Origin: Patescibacteria group bacterium
GTDB taxonomy: Bacteria > Patescibacteriota > Minisyncoccia > Phycocordibacterales > GCA-2747955
NCBI GenBank assembly: GCA_048538215.1
Contig: JBLYPV010000001.1
Coordinates: forward strand, 547,526-611,525
Direction of reading: 5' to 3'
Length of the DNA: 64,000 nt
Position numbers and translations under genes: made by a program
Shown here: piece after piece, positions 47,038 through 59,574 of the stretch
How positions within the stretch are numbered: position 1 is the stretch's first letter
Layout of the letters: each line of letters begins with the position of its first letter
Notes under the pieces: generated by a model
What the model was told of the DNA's origin: nothing
The model's input: the letters and a program-made list of their open reading frames with translations, nothing else
The model's database searches: none

Positions 47038-50000
47038 ATGACTACAATTCGTGAATCACTTGCAGCTAAAATGCTTGCAGGTGCAATCGCTGTTGTCATG
47101 ACACTCTCAGCTTTCTCAACATTCGCGCAGACTGCAAATGCAGCTACCGATATTGAACAGCTATGTGCACTTGCTGCATCACTCGGGATTTCGACTCCTG
47201 AATTTGATGCACTATGTGCCGGAGTGGGCGATGACTCAGTAGGGGCTGGTGAATATGTTCACCACCCATCAATTGATTTCGAGTTTACTCGAAATCTGTA
47301 CATCGGATCTCGTGGAAACGATGTCTTGATGTTACAAAAAGTGTTGAACCTAAATGCTGATACGCGAGTAGCGCTATCAGGAGCTGGTTCACCTGGAAAT
47401 GAAACTTCATACTTTGGTCCTGCGACCAGAGCTGCTGTAGCTAAATTCCAGGCTAAGCACAACATTTCTCCAACAGCTGGGTATTTCTACCCACTGACTC
47501 GCGCAGAAATGAATCGTAAATCAGCTGGCACACCAGACAATGGTGATGACGACAATGGTGATGACGACAATGGCGTGACCGGAGATAGATTAGAAGTAGA
47601 AGCTGGTGATCAGCCACGGGATATGAAAGTGGGTCCTGCCCAACAACACATTCCTACCACTGTACTCGAGCTTACTACCGGAGATGAAGATGTGAAAATT
47701 ACTGAAATTACCGCTAAGGTAACAGGAAAAGCTCGAAAAGCAGTAGATTCTGTAAGCGTCTGGTACGATGGGAAAATCATTGATACCGACTCAGTAAACT
47801 CACGAGGTATTTCTGACCTTAAATTCAATCTAGAGATTGATGATGGGGAAACAGTAGAACTCGCATTCTCCGCTACTATGGAAAGTAATATCGATAGTCA
47901 AGACGGATTAGACTTCCGAATTGAAATTACTGACATTAAAGTAGGTGGCGACACCGATGTGGACGGCCTACCAGTAGATGGAGCCCAACACACCGCAAAC
48001 AAAAATGTTGAGCTCAATTCATTCTCTATGCAGATTGATGGCGAGGGAGGCAAGGTAAAAATCGGTGACAAGGAAGTGCTTCTATCTACTATCAACTTCA
48101 AGAATGATGATCCAAACAACGACAAAGACTCAATGTTTGTCCTTGGATTCTCATTGGAGCAAGATGGTACTATGAGCTCAGGTGACATTAAAGATGTCTT
48201 CGTAAAGGTAGATGGAGATGAATACGAAGCAGATATCAATGGTGATTACTACCGATTTGATTTCGGAAGTGGTATTGAAATCGATGCCAATAAGAATTTG
48301 GACTTCGAGGTATATGCCGACATCGTAGATGGAGCCAACAAGAATGTGAATTTCAGCCTTGATGCTGATGATCTTGTAGACTTCGTATACGTAGTAGACG
48401 AAGATGATCGATACCTTGCTGAGACAAATGCAACTGTAGGTACAAAGGGTAGCGCAGTGACCATCGAAGCAGGTGAAGGTAACACATCAGGCTCAAATCT
48501 AGTAACAGATAGCAATATCACTGCTGGAGAAGATGAGGCAGAATTTGCTTCATTCAAGCTTAATGTGAAAGGTGAATCAATCACTGGAGATGTGAAGGTA
48601 ACAATCAATGTTACCAATGGAAACAACACTGATTCAGATGACATTCAACTTACTGGTATCAAGATTGTAGATGAAGATGGCAATACTGTTGCCTCAGCAG
48701 ATGATGATACTGTCACTGCTACTACTACTATCGTTATTGAATTTGAAGATGTGACATTCCCAATCGGAAATGCTGCATACATCTTGGTAGCCGATGTACC
48801 AGATGATGTGACAGACGCTACTACCTACACGGTAGCAAGCTTTGTCTTTACATCCTTCAAGGGAGATAATTCAAGAGAGTCAATTAATGTAAGCACTACA
48901 AATCCTGGTACTGTACAAACAGTAGAAGGAGCTAAGCTCGCTATGGGAGTAGATTCATCTATTGAAAGTGATGAAACTCGTGACGATGTGGAAGGTGTAG
49001 AGCTAGCTGTAATACAGCTTGATGCTGTAGACTCAGGTGAAGATATTGAGGTGACTACCATCTCTCTTAACTTCGTTGCAAGTACTTCTCTAGCTAATCC
49101 TTATGATGAGATTACCAATTGTGTCTTGATGAAAGATGGTGAAGAGGTATCCGATATGGTAGACCTCTCAGCTCTTACCAATCAAGACTTCGATATGGAT
49201 TCTGGATTCACTGTGCCTGAAGGCACTGTGGTGGCTCTCTCACTTCAGTGTGATTTGAGTGACGGCTGGAATACAGGTGATACCATCACCGTAACCGTGA
49301 GCACTTCAAGCTCTCGAGCTCAAGCTGATATAGCTGGAAGTATTGATCCAACAGCTGGAAGCAATACCGGAGACACTGTTACTATCGTAGCTGGTAGCCT
49401 TACTTCAGGAAATGCAAAAGATCCTGAAAATCGATCAGTACGAGTAAACACTACGGTGGATCTTGGATCCGTAGAGCTTAAGAGTGATAATGTATCAGGA
49501 GAGCTCCAAGAGCTTCCTCTACGAATCACTGGTAAAGTGTTATTGAGTGGAAACAGAAAAGTAGAGATCCTTAATGCAGACGGAGATGTAGTAGCAGATG
49601 CTTACTTCACTTCAGACAACATTGTGGTAAAGAGCTTTAAGAAGAAAGTAACGCTTGTGAAAGACCAAAAGACCAAGCTATACTTCCGAGCACTACTCGG
49701 AGCTGGAAACCCAGCTACTGAAGGCACTGATCTCTCGATTGACATTGACGGCGATGTAGATGTAAAGGTAGCTGGAGATACATACTCTGTGGCTTCTACT
49801 ACTCTTACTGCTGTAGATGTCTACTCTGGACTTCCTGTAATTACAGAGCAAGATGTAACAGGATCTGATATCTCAGACAATGTGGTGATGAAATTCGCTA
49901 TTACGGCTGAGGGAGAAGATATTATTCTTGCTTCTACTACTGCTACCTCGGTATCAGTATCAGGAAGTGCCACTACTGGAGTTGTAAATATCTACCATCA

Positions 50001-50268
50001 CGATGATGGCTACGATAAGGCAGTAACAAGCGGTACGCTACTATCTGCTGGAAACGTAACCATTGAGAAGGGAGATACTCACTTCTTCGTAGTAAAGGGT
50101 ACTGGAGTAAGTGAGGGAGCTAGCGGTGACTACATCCAAACTACTATTGACTTTACTAATAGAGTAGGAGTAGGTACCATGGCAGATCTCATTAGTGTTG
50201 TACGAGGAGATAATATCAATTCTCGCATCAATAATAGTGAAGAACTTGTCTACAAGTACACTAACTAA
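47038..50268 (+). CDS. giant surface protein: signal peptide + peptidoglycan-binding (PG_binding_1-like) domain + long Asp/Thr/Val-rich beta region
   Basis: Signal peptide ...FAQTANA; LYIGSRGNDVLMLQKVLN...YFGPATRAAVAKFQAKHNISPTAGYF. Confidence 0.55.
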   Translation: MTTIRESLAAKMLAGAIAVVMTLSAFSTFAQTANAATDIEQLCALAASLGISTPEFDALCAGVGDDSVGAGEYVHHPSIDFEFTRNLYIGSRGNDVLMLQKVLNLNADTRVALSGAGSPGNETSYFGPATRAAVAKFQAKHNISPTAGYFYPLTRAEMNRKSAGTPDNGDDDNGDDDNGVTGDRLEVEAGDQPRDMKVGPAQQHIPTTVLELTTGDEDVKITEITAKVTGKARKAVDSVSVWYDGKIIDTDSVNSRGISDLKFNLEIDDGETVELAFSATMESNIDSQDGLDFRIEITDIKVGGDTDVDGLPVDGAQHTANKNVELNSFSMQIDGEGGKVKIGDKEVLLSTINFKNDDPNNDKDSMFVLGFSLEQDGTMSSGDIKDVFVKVDGDEYEADINGDYYRFDFGSGIEIDANKNLDFEVYADIVDGANKNVNFSLDADDLVDFVYVVDEDDRYLAETNATVGTKGSAVTIEAGEGNTSGSNLVTDSNITAGEDEAEFASFKLNVKGESITGDVKVTINVTNGNNTDSDDIQLTGIKIVDEDGNTVASADDDTVTATTTIVIEFEDVTFPIGNAAYILVADVPDDVTDATTYTVASFVFTSFKGDNSRESINVSTTNPGTVQTVEGAKLAMGVDSSIESDETRDDVEGVELAVIQLDAVDSGEDIEVTTISLNFVASTSLANPYDEITNCVLMKDGEEVSDMVDLSALTNQDFDMDSGFTVPEGTVVALSLQCDLSDGWNTGDTITVTVSTSSSRAQADIAGSIDPTAGSNTGDTVTIVAGSLTSGNAKDPENRSVRVNTTVDLGSVELKSDNVSGELQELPLRITGKVLLSGNRKVEILNADGDVVADAYFTSDNIVVKSFKKKVTLVKDQKTKLYFRALLGAGNPATEGTDLSIDIDGDVDVKVAGDTYSVASTTLTAVDVYSGLPVITEQDVTGSDISDNVVMKFAITAEGEDIILASTTATSVSVSGSATTGVVNIYHHDDGYDKAVTSGTLLSAGNVTIEKGDTHFFVVKGTGVSEGASGDYIQTTIDFTNRVGVGTMADLISVVRGDNINSRINNSEELVYKYTN

Positions 50269-50317
50269 CGATACCTGGTATCTTAGCTAGCTAGTATTCA
50301 AAGACTAGTCTTTGCGG

Positions 50318-50358
50318 AAAGCAACGACCCCCGTGCGTAAGCACGGGGGTTTTGCTTT
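50318..50358 (+). terminator. rho-independent terminator
   Basis: aaagcaacgacccccgtgcgtaagcacgggggttttgcttt. Confidence 0.65.
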
Positions 50359-50369
50359 GTCTCATTTAT

Positions 50370-50425
50370 CCCAGACACCCGATGTCTGGGAAACTGTGGA
50401 AAACCCAGACACCCGGTGTCTGGGG
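50370..50425. repeat. REP doublet (REPIN) 1: two palindromic REPs cccagacacccgRtgtctggg
   Basis: cccagacacccgatgtctggg-aaactgtggaaaa-cccagacacccggtgtctgggg. Confidence 0.85.
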
Positions 50426-50444
50426 TGGATGATAGGATTGGGGT

Positions 50445-51089
50445 ATGTCTTTGCGTTTTGGCAAACAACATATTGGAGGCATATACCACGTGTTTAACCG
50501 TGGTACTGACAAGCGCATTATTTTTACTGATAAACCGGATAAAGATAGATTTCTTTTATTGATGAAATTAATGAATAGTAAGGAGAATATTGGAAGCATG
50601 AGAGATTTTTTGGAAGGTAATCGATTGCAAAAAGAAGAAGAGCTAGAATCGAGCCCTCTAGTACGGATCATTGCTTTTTCATTGCAAGGCAATCATTACC
50701 ATCTATTGCTCGAACAAATTGAAGAAAATGGGGTGCAATTATTTATGCATAAATTAGGAATGGCTTATGCAAAATATTTTAACAGTAGACAGCAGAGAAC
50801 GGGCACTTTGTATCAAGGTAGATATAAGTATGTTGTTGCAGAAAGTCAGCATAGTGTAATGCGTCTTATCGCTTATATCAATCGCAATGAGGAAATGCAC
50901 AAAAGGAAGCGAGAAGAAGATTACTCAAGTAGAAAATGGTATGTCAGCAAAGAAGAGTACCCAATGGGATTGGAGCTGTATAAGGATCTGTTTGGGGACT
51001 ATGAGAAGCAAGAGGAGGATATTATTTTGCAATATAAACGACAACGCGATATTGATAGCAAGCACGATAGAGAGATATTCCTTGAATGA
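50445..51089 (+). CDS. REP-associated tyrosine transposase (RAYT; IS200/IS605 TnpA-like Y1 HUH transposase)
   Basis: HUH motif NHYHLLLE, catalytic Tyr region GTLYQGRYKYVV, GIYHVFNRG N-terminus; flanked on both sides by identical REP doublets. Confidence 0.7.
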   Translation: MSLRFGKQHIGGIYHVFNRGTDKRIIFTDKPDKDRFLLLMKLMNSKENIGSMRDFLEGNRLQKEEELESSPLVRIIAFSLQGNHYHLLLEQIEENGVQLFMHKLGMAYAKYFNSRQQRTGTLYQGRYKYVVAESQHSVMRLIAYINRNEEMHKRKREEDYSSRKWYVSKEEYPMGLELYKDLFGDYEKQEEDIILQYKRQRDIDSKHDREIFLE

Positions 51090-51090
51090 T

Positions 51091-51146
51091 CCCAGACACC
51101 CGATGTCTGGGAAACTGTGGAAAACCCAGACACCCGGTGTCTGGGG
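51091..51146. repeat. REP doublet (REPIN) 2, identical to copy 1
   Basis: Same 56-bp sequence directly after the RAYT stop codon. Confidence 0.85.
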
Positions 51147-51165
51147 TGGGGATGAATAGGGGCGT

Positions 51166-52059
51166 GTGCGTGGTATAATCAGAGCTATGGAATGGCTATT
51201 TATATACTATTTTGTGGTCTTTTATTTGGGGACTATTTTGGGAAGCTTTATCAATGTGATCGCGCTTGATTTGCAAAAGCTATATCAAGAAAATAATTTG
51301 GCCGAAAGAAATGAGCTTGGATTCCTTGCTCGGCATATATCTAAAAGGTATTTCTGGAAATCTTTAATGGAGCGGAGGAGCAGGTGTGATTCTTGTGGGG
51401 CAACCTTGCGCCCCTATGAGCTTTTTCCTATTTTTTCATATGCACTTCAACGAGGAGTATGCCGATCTTGTGGAGACAAAATAGCAGAGAGCCATATGGT
51501 GATAGAGATCGTGGCAGGTGTGTATTTCCTGGGGATATTCTATGTATTATTTTGGCAGGAGGCAGTATGGACCTGGGCTTTTGTAGGGAGCGTCGCCTTT
51601 TGGTTTGTCGTGTTTGGCTCTCTTCTTGTCTCTGCTTTGTTTGATTATCGTACCAAGCTCTTGCCTGATGTGACACTATACTTGGCAGGTATATTAATAC
51701 TGGGCTATCAGATAGTGATGTATGGTATAGGAGCGTGGTGGTATCTGGGAGCGGGAATACTCTTGGCTCTCTTTTTCTGGAGCTTGTGGGCGATTTCACG
51801 GGGGGCGTGGATAGGCTTTGCTGATGGCAAGCTGGGGCTCATCGCAGGGCTCTTGCTCGGCTATTCGGCGGGCTTTACCGCTATTGCTATTGCTTTTTGG
51901 ACAGGAGCGGTGGTGGCTATCATCCTCTTGTCTATTCAGAAAATTGCTCACAAGCATTGGGGGATTGGTATTAAAAGCGCAGTGCCTTTTGGGCCATTTT
52001 TGGTGATGGGGATATGGTATGTGTTTGTGACGGGGACTAATTTGTTTGTGTTAGTCTAA
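51166..52059 (+). CDS. pilD: type IV prepilin peptidase (A24 family)
   Basis: CDSCGATLRPYELFPIFSYALQRGVCRSCG zinc-binding loop plus multi-TM body. Confidence 0.75.
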   Translation: MRGIIRAMEWLFIYYFVVFYLGTILGSFINVIALDLQKLYQENNLAERNELGFLARHISKRYFWKSLMERRSRCDSCGATLRPYELFPIFSYALQRGVCRSCGDKIAESHMVIEIVAGVYFLGIFYVLFWQEAVWTWAFVGSVAFWFVVFGSLLVSALFDYRTKLLPDVTLYLAGILILGYQIVMYGIGAWWYLGAGILLALFFWSLWAISRGAWIGFADGKLGLIAGLLLGYSAGFTAIAIAFWTGAVVAIILLSIQKIAHKHWGIGIKSAVPFGPFLVMGIWYVFVTGTNLFVLV

Positions 52060-52150
52060 GCTAATTGCTATGTTGCTATATTTATTTCAAAATTTTAGGC
52101 GATCTACCAAGCTAAGCTATGGCGTGATAGGAGCTACTTCGCCTGGTAGA

Positions 52151-52795
52151 TTGAAATCAAGAGAAGGATTTACCTTGATAGAGATGCTTATTACGCTGGC
52201 AATTATATTTATTATGACCGCTCTCTCGATGACTAATTATAATCGCTTTGGAAAGGAGGTAGAATTGGAGAACGCTGCCTATGAGCTTGCGCTTAATATC
52301 CGCCAAGCGCAATTTTTTGGTATTAATCGTAGTGAGCAATTTGGGGCTACCTTTGATGATCCTCAGCCCTATGGAGTGTATTTTAATATTGATGGTGGAG
52401 AAGAAGGGATAGATGATCAATCCTTCTTTCTCTTTGTGGATAATGATGGCAATAGGCTATTTAACACAAGTGATAATACCTATGGTGGGGGTGAGAATTG
52501 TGTAGCTAATGCCTCTGATGAGTGCGCCCGGATACTCAGCTTTACTAGGAGTAATTATATATACTCGATTTGTGTGGGAGATGATGAGAGTAGCTGTACT
52601 GATATTGGGAATATTGTAACAGGCGACCGTGAGCTACATATTTCTTTTAAGCGACCAGACCCAGATGCGGTAATTAGAGTGGGTAGTGGCCTCACTGAAT
52701 ACGCCTATGCTAAAATTACTCTAGCATCCCCACTGAGTGACATTTCTCACAAGAGCGTGTCGGTAGGGGCGGCGGGGCTCATATCAATTGATTAG
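52151..52795 (+). CDS. type IV pilin-like (pseudopilin) protein
   Basis: With TTG start: MKSREG|FTLIEMLITLAIIFIMTALS class III signal peptide. Confidence 0.55.
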   Translation: MKSREGFTLIEMLITLAIIFIMTALSMTNYNRFGKEVELENAAYELALNIRQAQFFGINRSEQFGATFDDPQPYGVYFNIDGGEEGIDDQSFFLFVDNDGNRLFNTSDNTYGGGENCVANASDECARILSFTRSNYIYSICVGDDESSCTDIGNIVTGDRELHISFKRPDPDAVIRVGSGLTEYAYAKITLASPLSDISHKSVSVGAAGLISID

Positions 52796-53399
52796 TATGT
52801 GGCAATTTATAAAACAAGAATTACAGAAAGACGGTGGACGAGATGCACAAGGTAATACCAAGGGAGGCTTTACTTTGATTGAGCTTATTGTGTCGATTTC
52901 TCTTTTTACAGTAATTCTGACTGCCTCCTTGGGGGCACTATTGATGGTGATTGACGCTAATCGGCAGGCGAAAGCTATTAAACTCGTGGTCAATAATCTT
53001 AATTTGGCAATGGAAGGAATGTCGCGCGAGCTTCGGGTGGGGAGCAACTATTGTGATATAGACAATGGCGATAATAGCCCATCATCAGCTTGTAATAATA
53101 CCTCGGGTACAGAGACAATATACTTTACCACCGATCAAGGCGCTACAAGCTCTTCTTTTCGTATAAATAATAGTGCAATAGAGCGCCGTATGGGACCGAG
53201 CCCTGATAATAACTATCTCAAGCTTACCGGGTCTGATGTGATGGCTGATAACTTGCGATTTTATATTCGCGGAGTGGGCTTTGGTGACAATGAGCAACCA
53301 TCTATTTTGATAGTACTTAATGGACATATCAATCAAGCTGACGAGCGGGTGGACTTTAATATACAGTCACTCGTATCACAAAGGCGATTAGAACTATAG
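52788..53399 (+). CDS. type IV pilin-like protein
   Basis: KGG|FTLIELIVSISLFTVIL. Confidence 0.55.
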   Translation: MISMWQFIKQELQKDGGRDAQGNTKGGFTLIELIVSISLFTVILTASLGALLMVIDANRQAKAIKLVVNNLNLAMEGMSRELRVGSNYCDIDNGDNSPSSACNNTSGTETIYFTTDQGATSSSFRINNSAIERRMGPSPDNNYLKLTGSDVMADNLRFYIRGVGFGDNEQPSILIVLNGHINQADERVDFNIQSLVSQRRLEL

Positions 53400-53402
53400 C
53401 GT

Positions 53403-54029
53403 ATGCAACACATAACACACATTATTATTGATCAGTATAGACTTTATCGCCAAGGTACTGCCGGGCGCCATGGGGGCTTTACTATGGTGGAAACGCTGGT
53501 GGCAATCACTGTCTTGCTTTTGGCTGTGGTGGCGCCGATGTCGCTTGCCAATGATGGAATTGTGGCATCTCGCCTGGCTCAAGATCAGATTGTAGCATTT
53601 TATCTAGCCCAAGAGGGGGTGGAAGCGATCAAAAATATGCGTGATCATAACCGCCTCACTAATGATTCTGCTGGACAATTGGGGAATAATTTAGGGGGAA
53701 ATTTGGCTAATTGTATTGTAAGTGATCCCAATGATCAAAACGAAGAGGGCTGTATCATTGACACGACTCGCAAAGAGGGCGTGGGAGAATTTTGGACACA
53801 ATCCTGCAGTGGGGGCTGTGAACCGCTCCGTATTAGTGACACAAGCCCTTATATATATAGCCACCAGCCGACGGGGACAAGCGCGAGCAAGTATATTCGA
53901 GAGATCAAGGTATGGAACCCGGGAGGAGATATTAGCGAAGCCATTGTAGAGGCAAAGATTGTATGGCTATTTGCTCGTTCGGGAGAGAGTAAGACCTACA
54001 CGGTGCGTAATTATTTGTACGACTGGTAA
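53403..54029 (+). CDS. type IV pilin-like protein
   Basis: HGG|FTMVETLVAITVLLLAVV. Confidence 0.55.
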   Translation: MQHITHIIIDQYRLYRQGTAGRHGGFTMVETLVAITVLLLAVVAPMSLANDGIVASRLAQDQIVAFYLAQEGVEAIKNMRDHNRLTNDSAGQLGNNLGGNLANCIVSDPNDQNEEGCIIDTTRKEGVGEFWTQSCSGGCEPLRISDTSPYIYSHQPTGTSASKYIREIKVWNPGGDISEAIVEAKIVWLFARSGESKTYTVRNYLYDW

Positions 54030-54040
54030 TCACTATATCT

Positions 54041-54583
54041 ATGAAGCAATACTCAAAACAGATACAATATAGCGAAGATATGGCTACAAGTGATAATGAA
54101 AATGGCTTTGTGATTTTGATTGCCGTCTTAGTCTCTTCTCTTTTGATTTCGCTGGGGGCTTTTATTGCAAGTATTGCCGTGAAGGAGCTTTCTCTCTCGG
54201 TGTCAGGGCGGGATTCCCAACTAGCTTTTTATGCGGCAGATGCGGCGGCGGAGTGTGCGCTCTATCAAGACCTACACATACAGGCCTTTACCTCATCTTC
54301 TTCTGCGCCGGGCCCCGCTACACTTTTGTGTAATAGTAGCCAGACGCCGATTGTTGTAGACAGTGGAAGGAGTGATGGTGATACAGGGGTAAGTAGCTTT
54401 GAAGTGTCTTTCCCTCTCAATGATGGGGATAATATAAATTTTTCACCCTATGCGGTGGTGCAGATTACCAAAGATGATATTGGAGGGCCAAATGATAAAA
54501 CGATTATTGAATCTCGGGGATATAATGTGAAATCGACATCAACAACCAATCGTGTGGAGCGCGCTTTGGAGGTGACCTACTAG
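54041..54583 (+). CDS. pilin-like protein (divergent N-terminus)
   Basis: ENG|FVILIAVLVSSLLISLGAF. Confidence 0.45.
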   Translation: MKQYSKQIQYSEDMATSDNENGFVILIAVLVSSLLISLGAFIASIAVKELSLSVSGRDSQLAFYAADAAAECALYQDLHIQAFTSSSSAPGPATLLCNSSQTPIVVDSGRSDGDTGVSSFEVSFPLNDGDNINFSPYAVVQITKDDIGGPNDKTIIESRGYNVKSTSTTNRVERALEVTY

Positions 54584-54604
54584 TGAGCCTGTGAGCTGGT
54601 TTAA

Positions 54605-56704
<2,100 letters not shown>

Positions 56705-56791
56705 GACAGGGCTACTTGTAAAAAGGATATTCTTTCGAGGAGAGAGCTATCACTCGCTAGGAGATCGGTGGGATGTGGTACAATATTCGCT

Positions 56792-57070
56792 ATGCAGAGA
56801 GAAGATATCCTCCACCTTGCCTCATTGGCTCGTATCGAATTGAGCGAAGAAGAAATTCAACGATTTCCTGATGAAATTGGGGAGATTGTTGATTTTGTAT
56901 CCAAGGTGCAAGAATTGGCGACGGGTGATGAGGTGGTACGAGATATGCGTAATTATAATAGCTTTCGTGATGATGTGGTGCATTCAAGTGATGATCGAGA
57001 CCGCATCATTGATGGATTCCCCGAGCGAGACGGTGATTACCTCCAGGTGCCTAAAATTATTTCTAATTAA
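56792..57070 (+). CDS. gatC: Glu/Asp-tRNA amidotransferase subunit C
   Basis: ILHLASLARIELSEEEIQRFPDEIGEIVDFV. Confidence 0.8.
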   Translation: MQREDILHLASLARIELSEEEIQRFPDEIGEIVDFVSKVQELATGDEVVRDMRNYNSFRDDVVHSSDDRDRIIDGFPERDGDYLQVPKIISN

Positions 57071-57072
57071 CT

Positions 57073-58509
57073 ATGGCTATCGATCTTGATACTTTGACTA
57101 TAGATAAAGCTCACCAGGCCTTGAAATCAGGGGAGTATTCGGTGCGGGAGCTTGTAGATGCGTATGTGGCACAGATAGCAGAGCGAAATGATGAATTGGG
57201 CGCTTATCTACACCTATTTGAAGGAATAGATAGGCAAGTGGTGCAGGCTCAAGAGATGTATGATACGGGGAAAGCGAGTATTTTGACGGGGATCCCTATT
57301 GCCGTCAAAGCGAATATTCAAGTGGAGGGAGAGATATGTAGTGCAGGATCGCGTATGCTTGAAGGATATCGAGCTGTGTATGATGCTACTGCTATTGCTC
57401 GCTTGCGTAAGGAGGGGGTGATTTTCCTGGGCTCAGCTAATATGGATGAATTTGCTATGGGAAGCTCTACAGAGCACTCGGCTTTTGGGGCTACAAAGAA
57501 TCCACACAATACTTTGTATGTCCCGGGAGGGTCTTCGGGTGGCTCGGCAGTGGCGGTGAGCGCGGGCCTTGCGCTGGGAGCTTTGGGTACTGACACAGGG
57601 GGGTCTATCCGCCAGCCAGCTTCCTTTACCGGAGTGGTGGGCTTTAAGGGCTCGTATGGCTCGATTTCTCGATATGGAGCTACCGCGATGGGATCATCTC
57701 TGGACCAAATTGGGCCATTGGCCCGCACGGTAGAAGATGCACGGATATTGTATCGCGCAATGCGTGGAGCAGATGAATTTGATATGACTACTATTGCAGA
57801 ATCAGATTATCAAAAGAGAGATGATCAGGCCTCGGCGAAGTATCGTATTGCTATTCCTCGGGATTTTCTTGAGGGGGCTGATCAGGATACTCGGCGAGTG
57901 TTTGACGCTACTTTGCTTGCTTTGCGTGAAGCAGGGCACACGGTAGAAGAGGTGGAGCTATCTTCGCTTGCGAACGCACTGGCTGTCTACTATATCGTGA
58001 TGCCAGCGGAGGTGTCATCTAATTTGGCGCGCTTTGATGGTATACGCTATGGCTATGTAGCAGATGGAGCAATGACTTTGAGCGAACGCTATATCAAAAC
58101 TCGCTCTCAAGGATTTGGCAGCGAGGTGAAGAGGCGGATTATTTTGGGTACCTTTGTGCTCCAAGCGGGCTATGCGAATAAATACTACACTAAGGCGCTT
58201 GCCTTGCGGGAAGCTCTCAAGGAGGAGCTGGGGAAGGTATTTGAAAACTATGACGCGATTATTACACCTACCGCACCGACACCTGCCTTTCGCCATGGAG
58301 AAAAATCGGGGAATCCATTGGAGATGTATTTGGCGGATATTTATACCGTGCCTGCTAATATTGCGGGGGTGCCAGCTATTTCGCTGCCACGGGGATTTTC
58401 TTCGGAAAACTTGCCCATTGGGGTGCAATTGATGGGAGGATTTGCTTGTGATGAGCAGGTATTGGAAATTGCAAAAGAATTGGAGCGTTTGGGGGAGAGT
58501 ATAGAATAG
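57073..58509 (+). CDS. gatA: Glu/Asp-tRNA amidotransferase subunit A
   Basis: Amidase signature GGSSGGSAVAV. Confidence 0.9.
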   Translation: MAIDLDTLTIDKAHQALKSGEYSVRELVDAYVAQIAERNDELGAYLHLFEGIDRQVVQAQEMYDTGKASILTGIPIAVKANIQVEGEICSAGSRMLEGYRAVYDATAIARLRKEGVIFLGSANMDEFAMGSSTEHSAFGATKNPHNTLYVPGGSSGGSAVAVSAGLALGALGTDTGGSIRQPASFTGVVGFKGSYGSISRYGATAMGSSLDQIGPLARTVEDARILYRAMRGADEFDMTTIAESDYQKRDDQASAKYRIAIPRDFLEGADQDTRRVFDATLLALREAGHTVEEVELSSLANALAVYYIVMPAEVSSNLARFDGIRYGYVADGAMTLSERYIKTRSQGFGSEVKRRIILGTFVLQAGYANKYYTKALALREALKEELGKVFENYDAIITPTAPTPAFRHGEKSGNPLEMYLADIYTVPANIAGVPAISLPRGFSSENLPIGVQLMGGFACDEQVLEIAKELERLGESIE

Positions 58510-58734
58510 GGGGAGGGAGATTTTGCTTGGGATTAAAATTCTTCACTAGTGCACGGCCGTGCGCTAGTGGGGAGTTTTGTGGTGGGAGAGGAGGGCTCGA
58601 GGAGGGGCACTCTCAAAGGTGAGAGAGTGAGAGCTCGAGGCGGGATGCTCAGCGGTGGGGATGGGGCGGATTTATCAATGTAATTTAGGAGAGGACGGTA
58701 ACGAGGGGATGAGCTTGTTGGGCGCATTTAGTAT

Positions 58735-59571
58735 TTGCTCGATTTGTATTATACTAAAGCGATGGAATCACAGTGGCTATTTTTGAGTATAGATGAGCTT
58801 TTATACCGCTTTCACCTGTATATCGCTGAGCCCCTTATATCCTTTTTTTCTTTTAGCTGGCTTTGGGGTAATCAGGAGGTGGCTGACTCTCTCCAGGCGG
58901 CTGATTTGGGAGTGGAGGTACAGCAGGGATTTTTTGATAGATTCTTTCTTGAGCCCATACGCCTACTTATCGAATCATTGCAAGCAGGGCAAGGGGGTGC
59001 GAGTGATGGAGGATACTTTCCGCCACAAGAGCCCAGCTCTTTTGGAGAGATACTACGCGATGCACTCTTTGGTGGGAGCGGAGGGGAATCTATCTTGAGC
59101 ATTATTTTTGGATCTTTTTTGGGATGGATAGTGATCGGGGCTATTGTGGGATTGTTGATCCGCTGGTATCTCAAAGAAGAAATTCACTTTATGCAGAAAA
59201 GGAAAGCGCTTTTGTATGACTTGGAAAATACGGGGTATAAGCGGGAAGTAGGTGATAGCAAAAGCCAGCGCTGGGAGCAGATTGTAAAACAGGTGCATAG
59301 CGATGACGTCAATCAGTGGAAGATTGCGGTGCTTGACGCAGATAGCCTGCTTGATGACGTGCTCTATGAGCAGGGCTATGCAGGTGAAGGGGTGGCTACC
59401 AAGCTACGAGATGCTAAAAATGATAATTATGAAACTCTCCGCTATGCTCAAGAGGCACACGGGGTGCGTAATCGGATTGCTCATGATGCAGGCTATGCTC
59501 TCTCGCAACGAGAAGCGAAAATGGCTATTGCTTCTTATGAACGATTTTTTAATGAGCTCTACCATCTCTAG
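58735..59571 (+). CDS. hypothetical membrane protein
   Basis: Two hydrophobic segments; C-terminal helical domain of unknown function. Confidence 0.4.
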   Translation: MLDLYYTKAMESQWLFLSIDELLYRFHLYIAEPLISFFSFSWLWGNQEVADSLQAADLGVEVQQGFFDRFFLEPIRLLIESLQAGQGGASDGGYFPPQEPSSFGEILRDALFGGSGGESILSIIFGSFLGWIVIGAIVGLLIRWYLKEEIHFMQKRKALLYDLENTGYKREVGDSKSQRWEQIVKQVHSDDVNQWKIAVLDADSLLDDVLYEQGYAGEGVATKLRDAKNDNYETLRYAQEAHGVRNRIAHDAGYALSQREAKMAIASYERFFNELYHL

Positions 59572-59574
59572 TAT

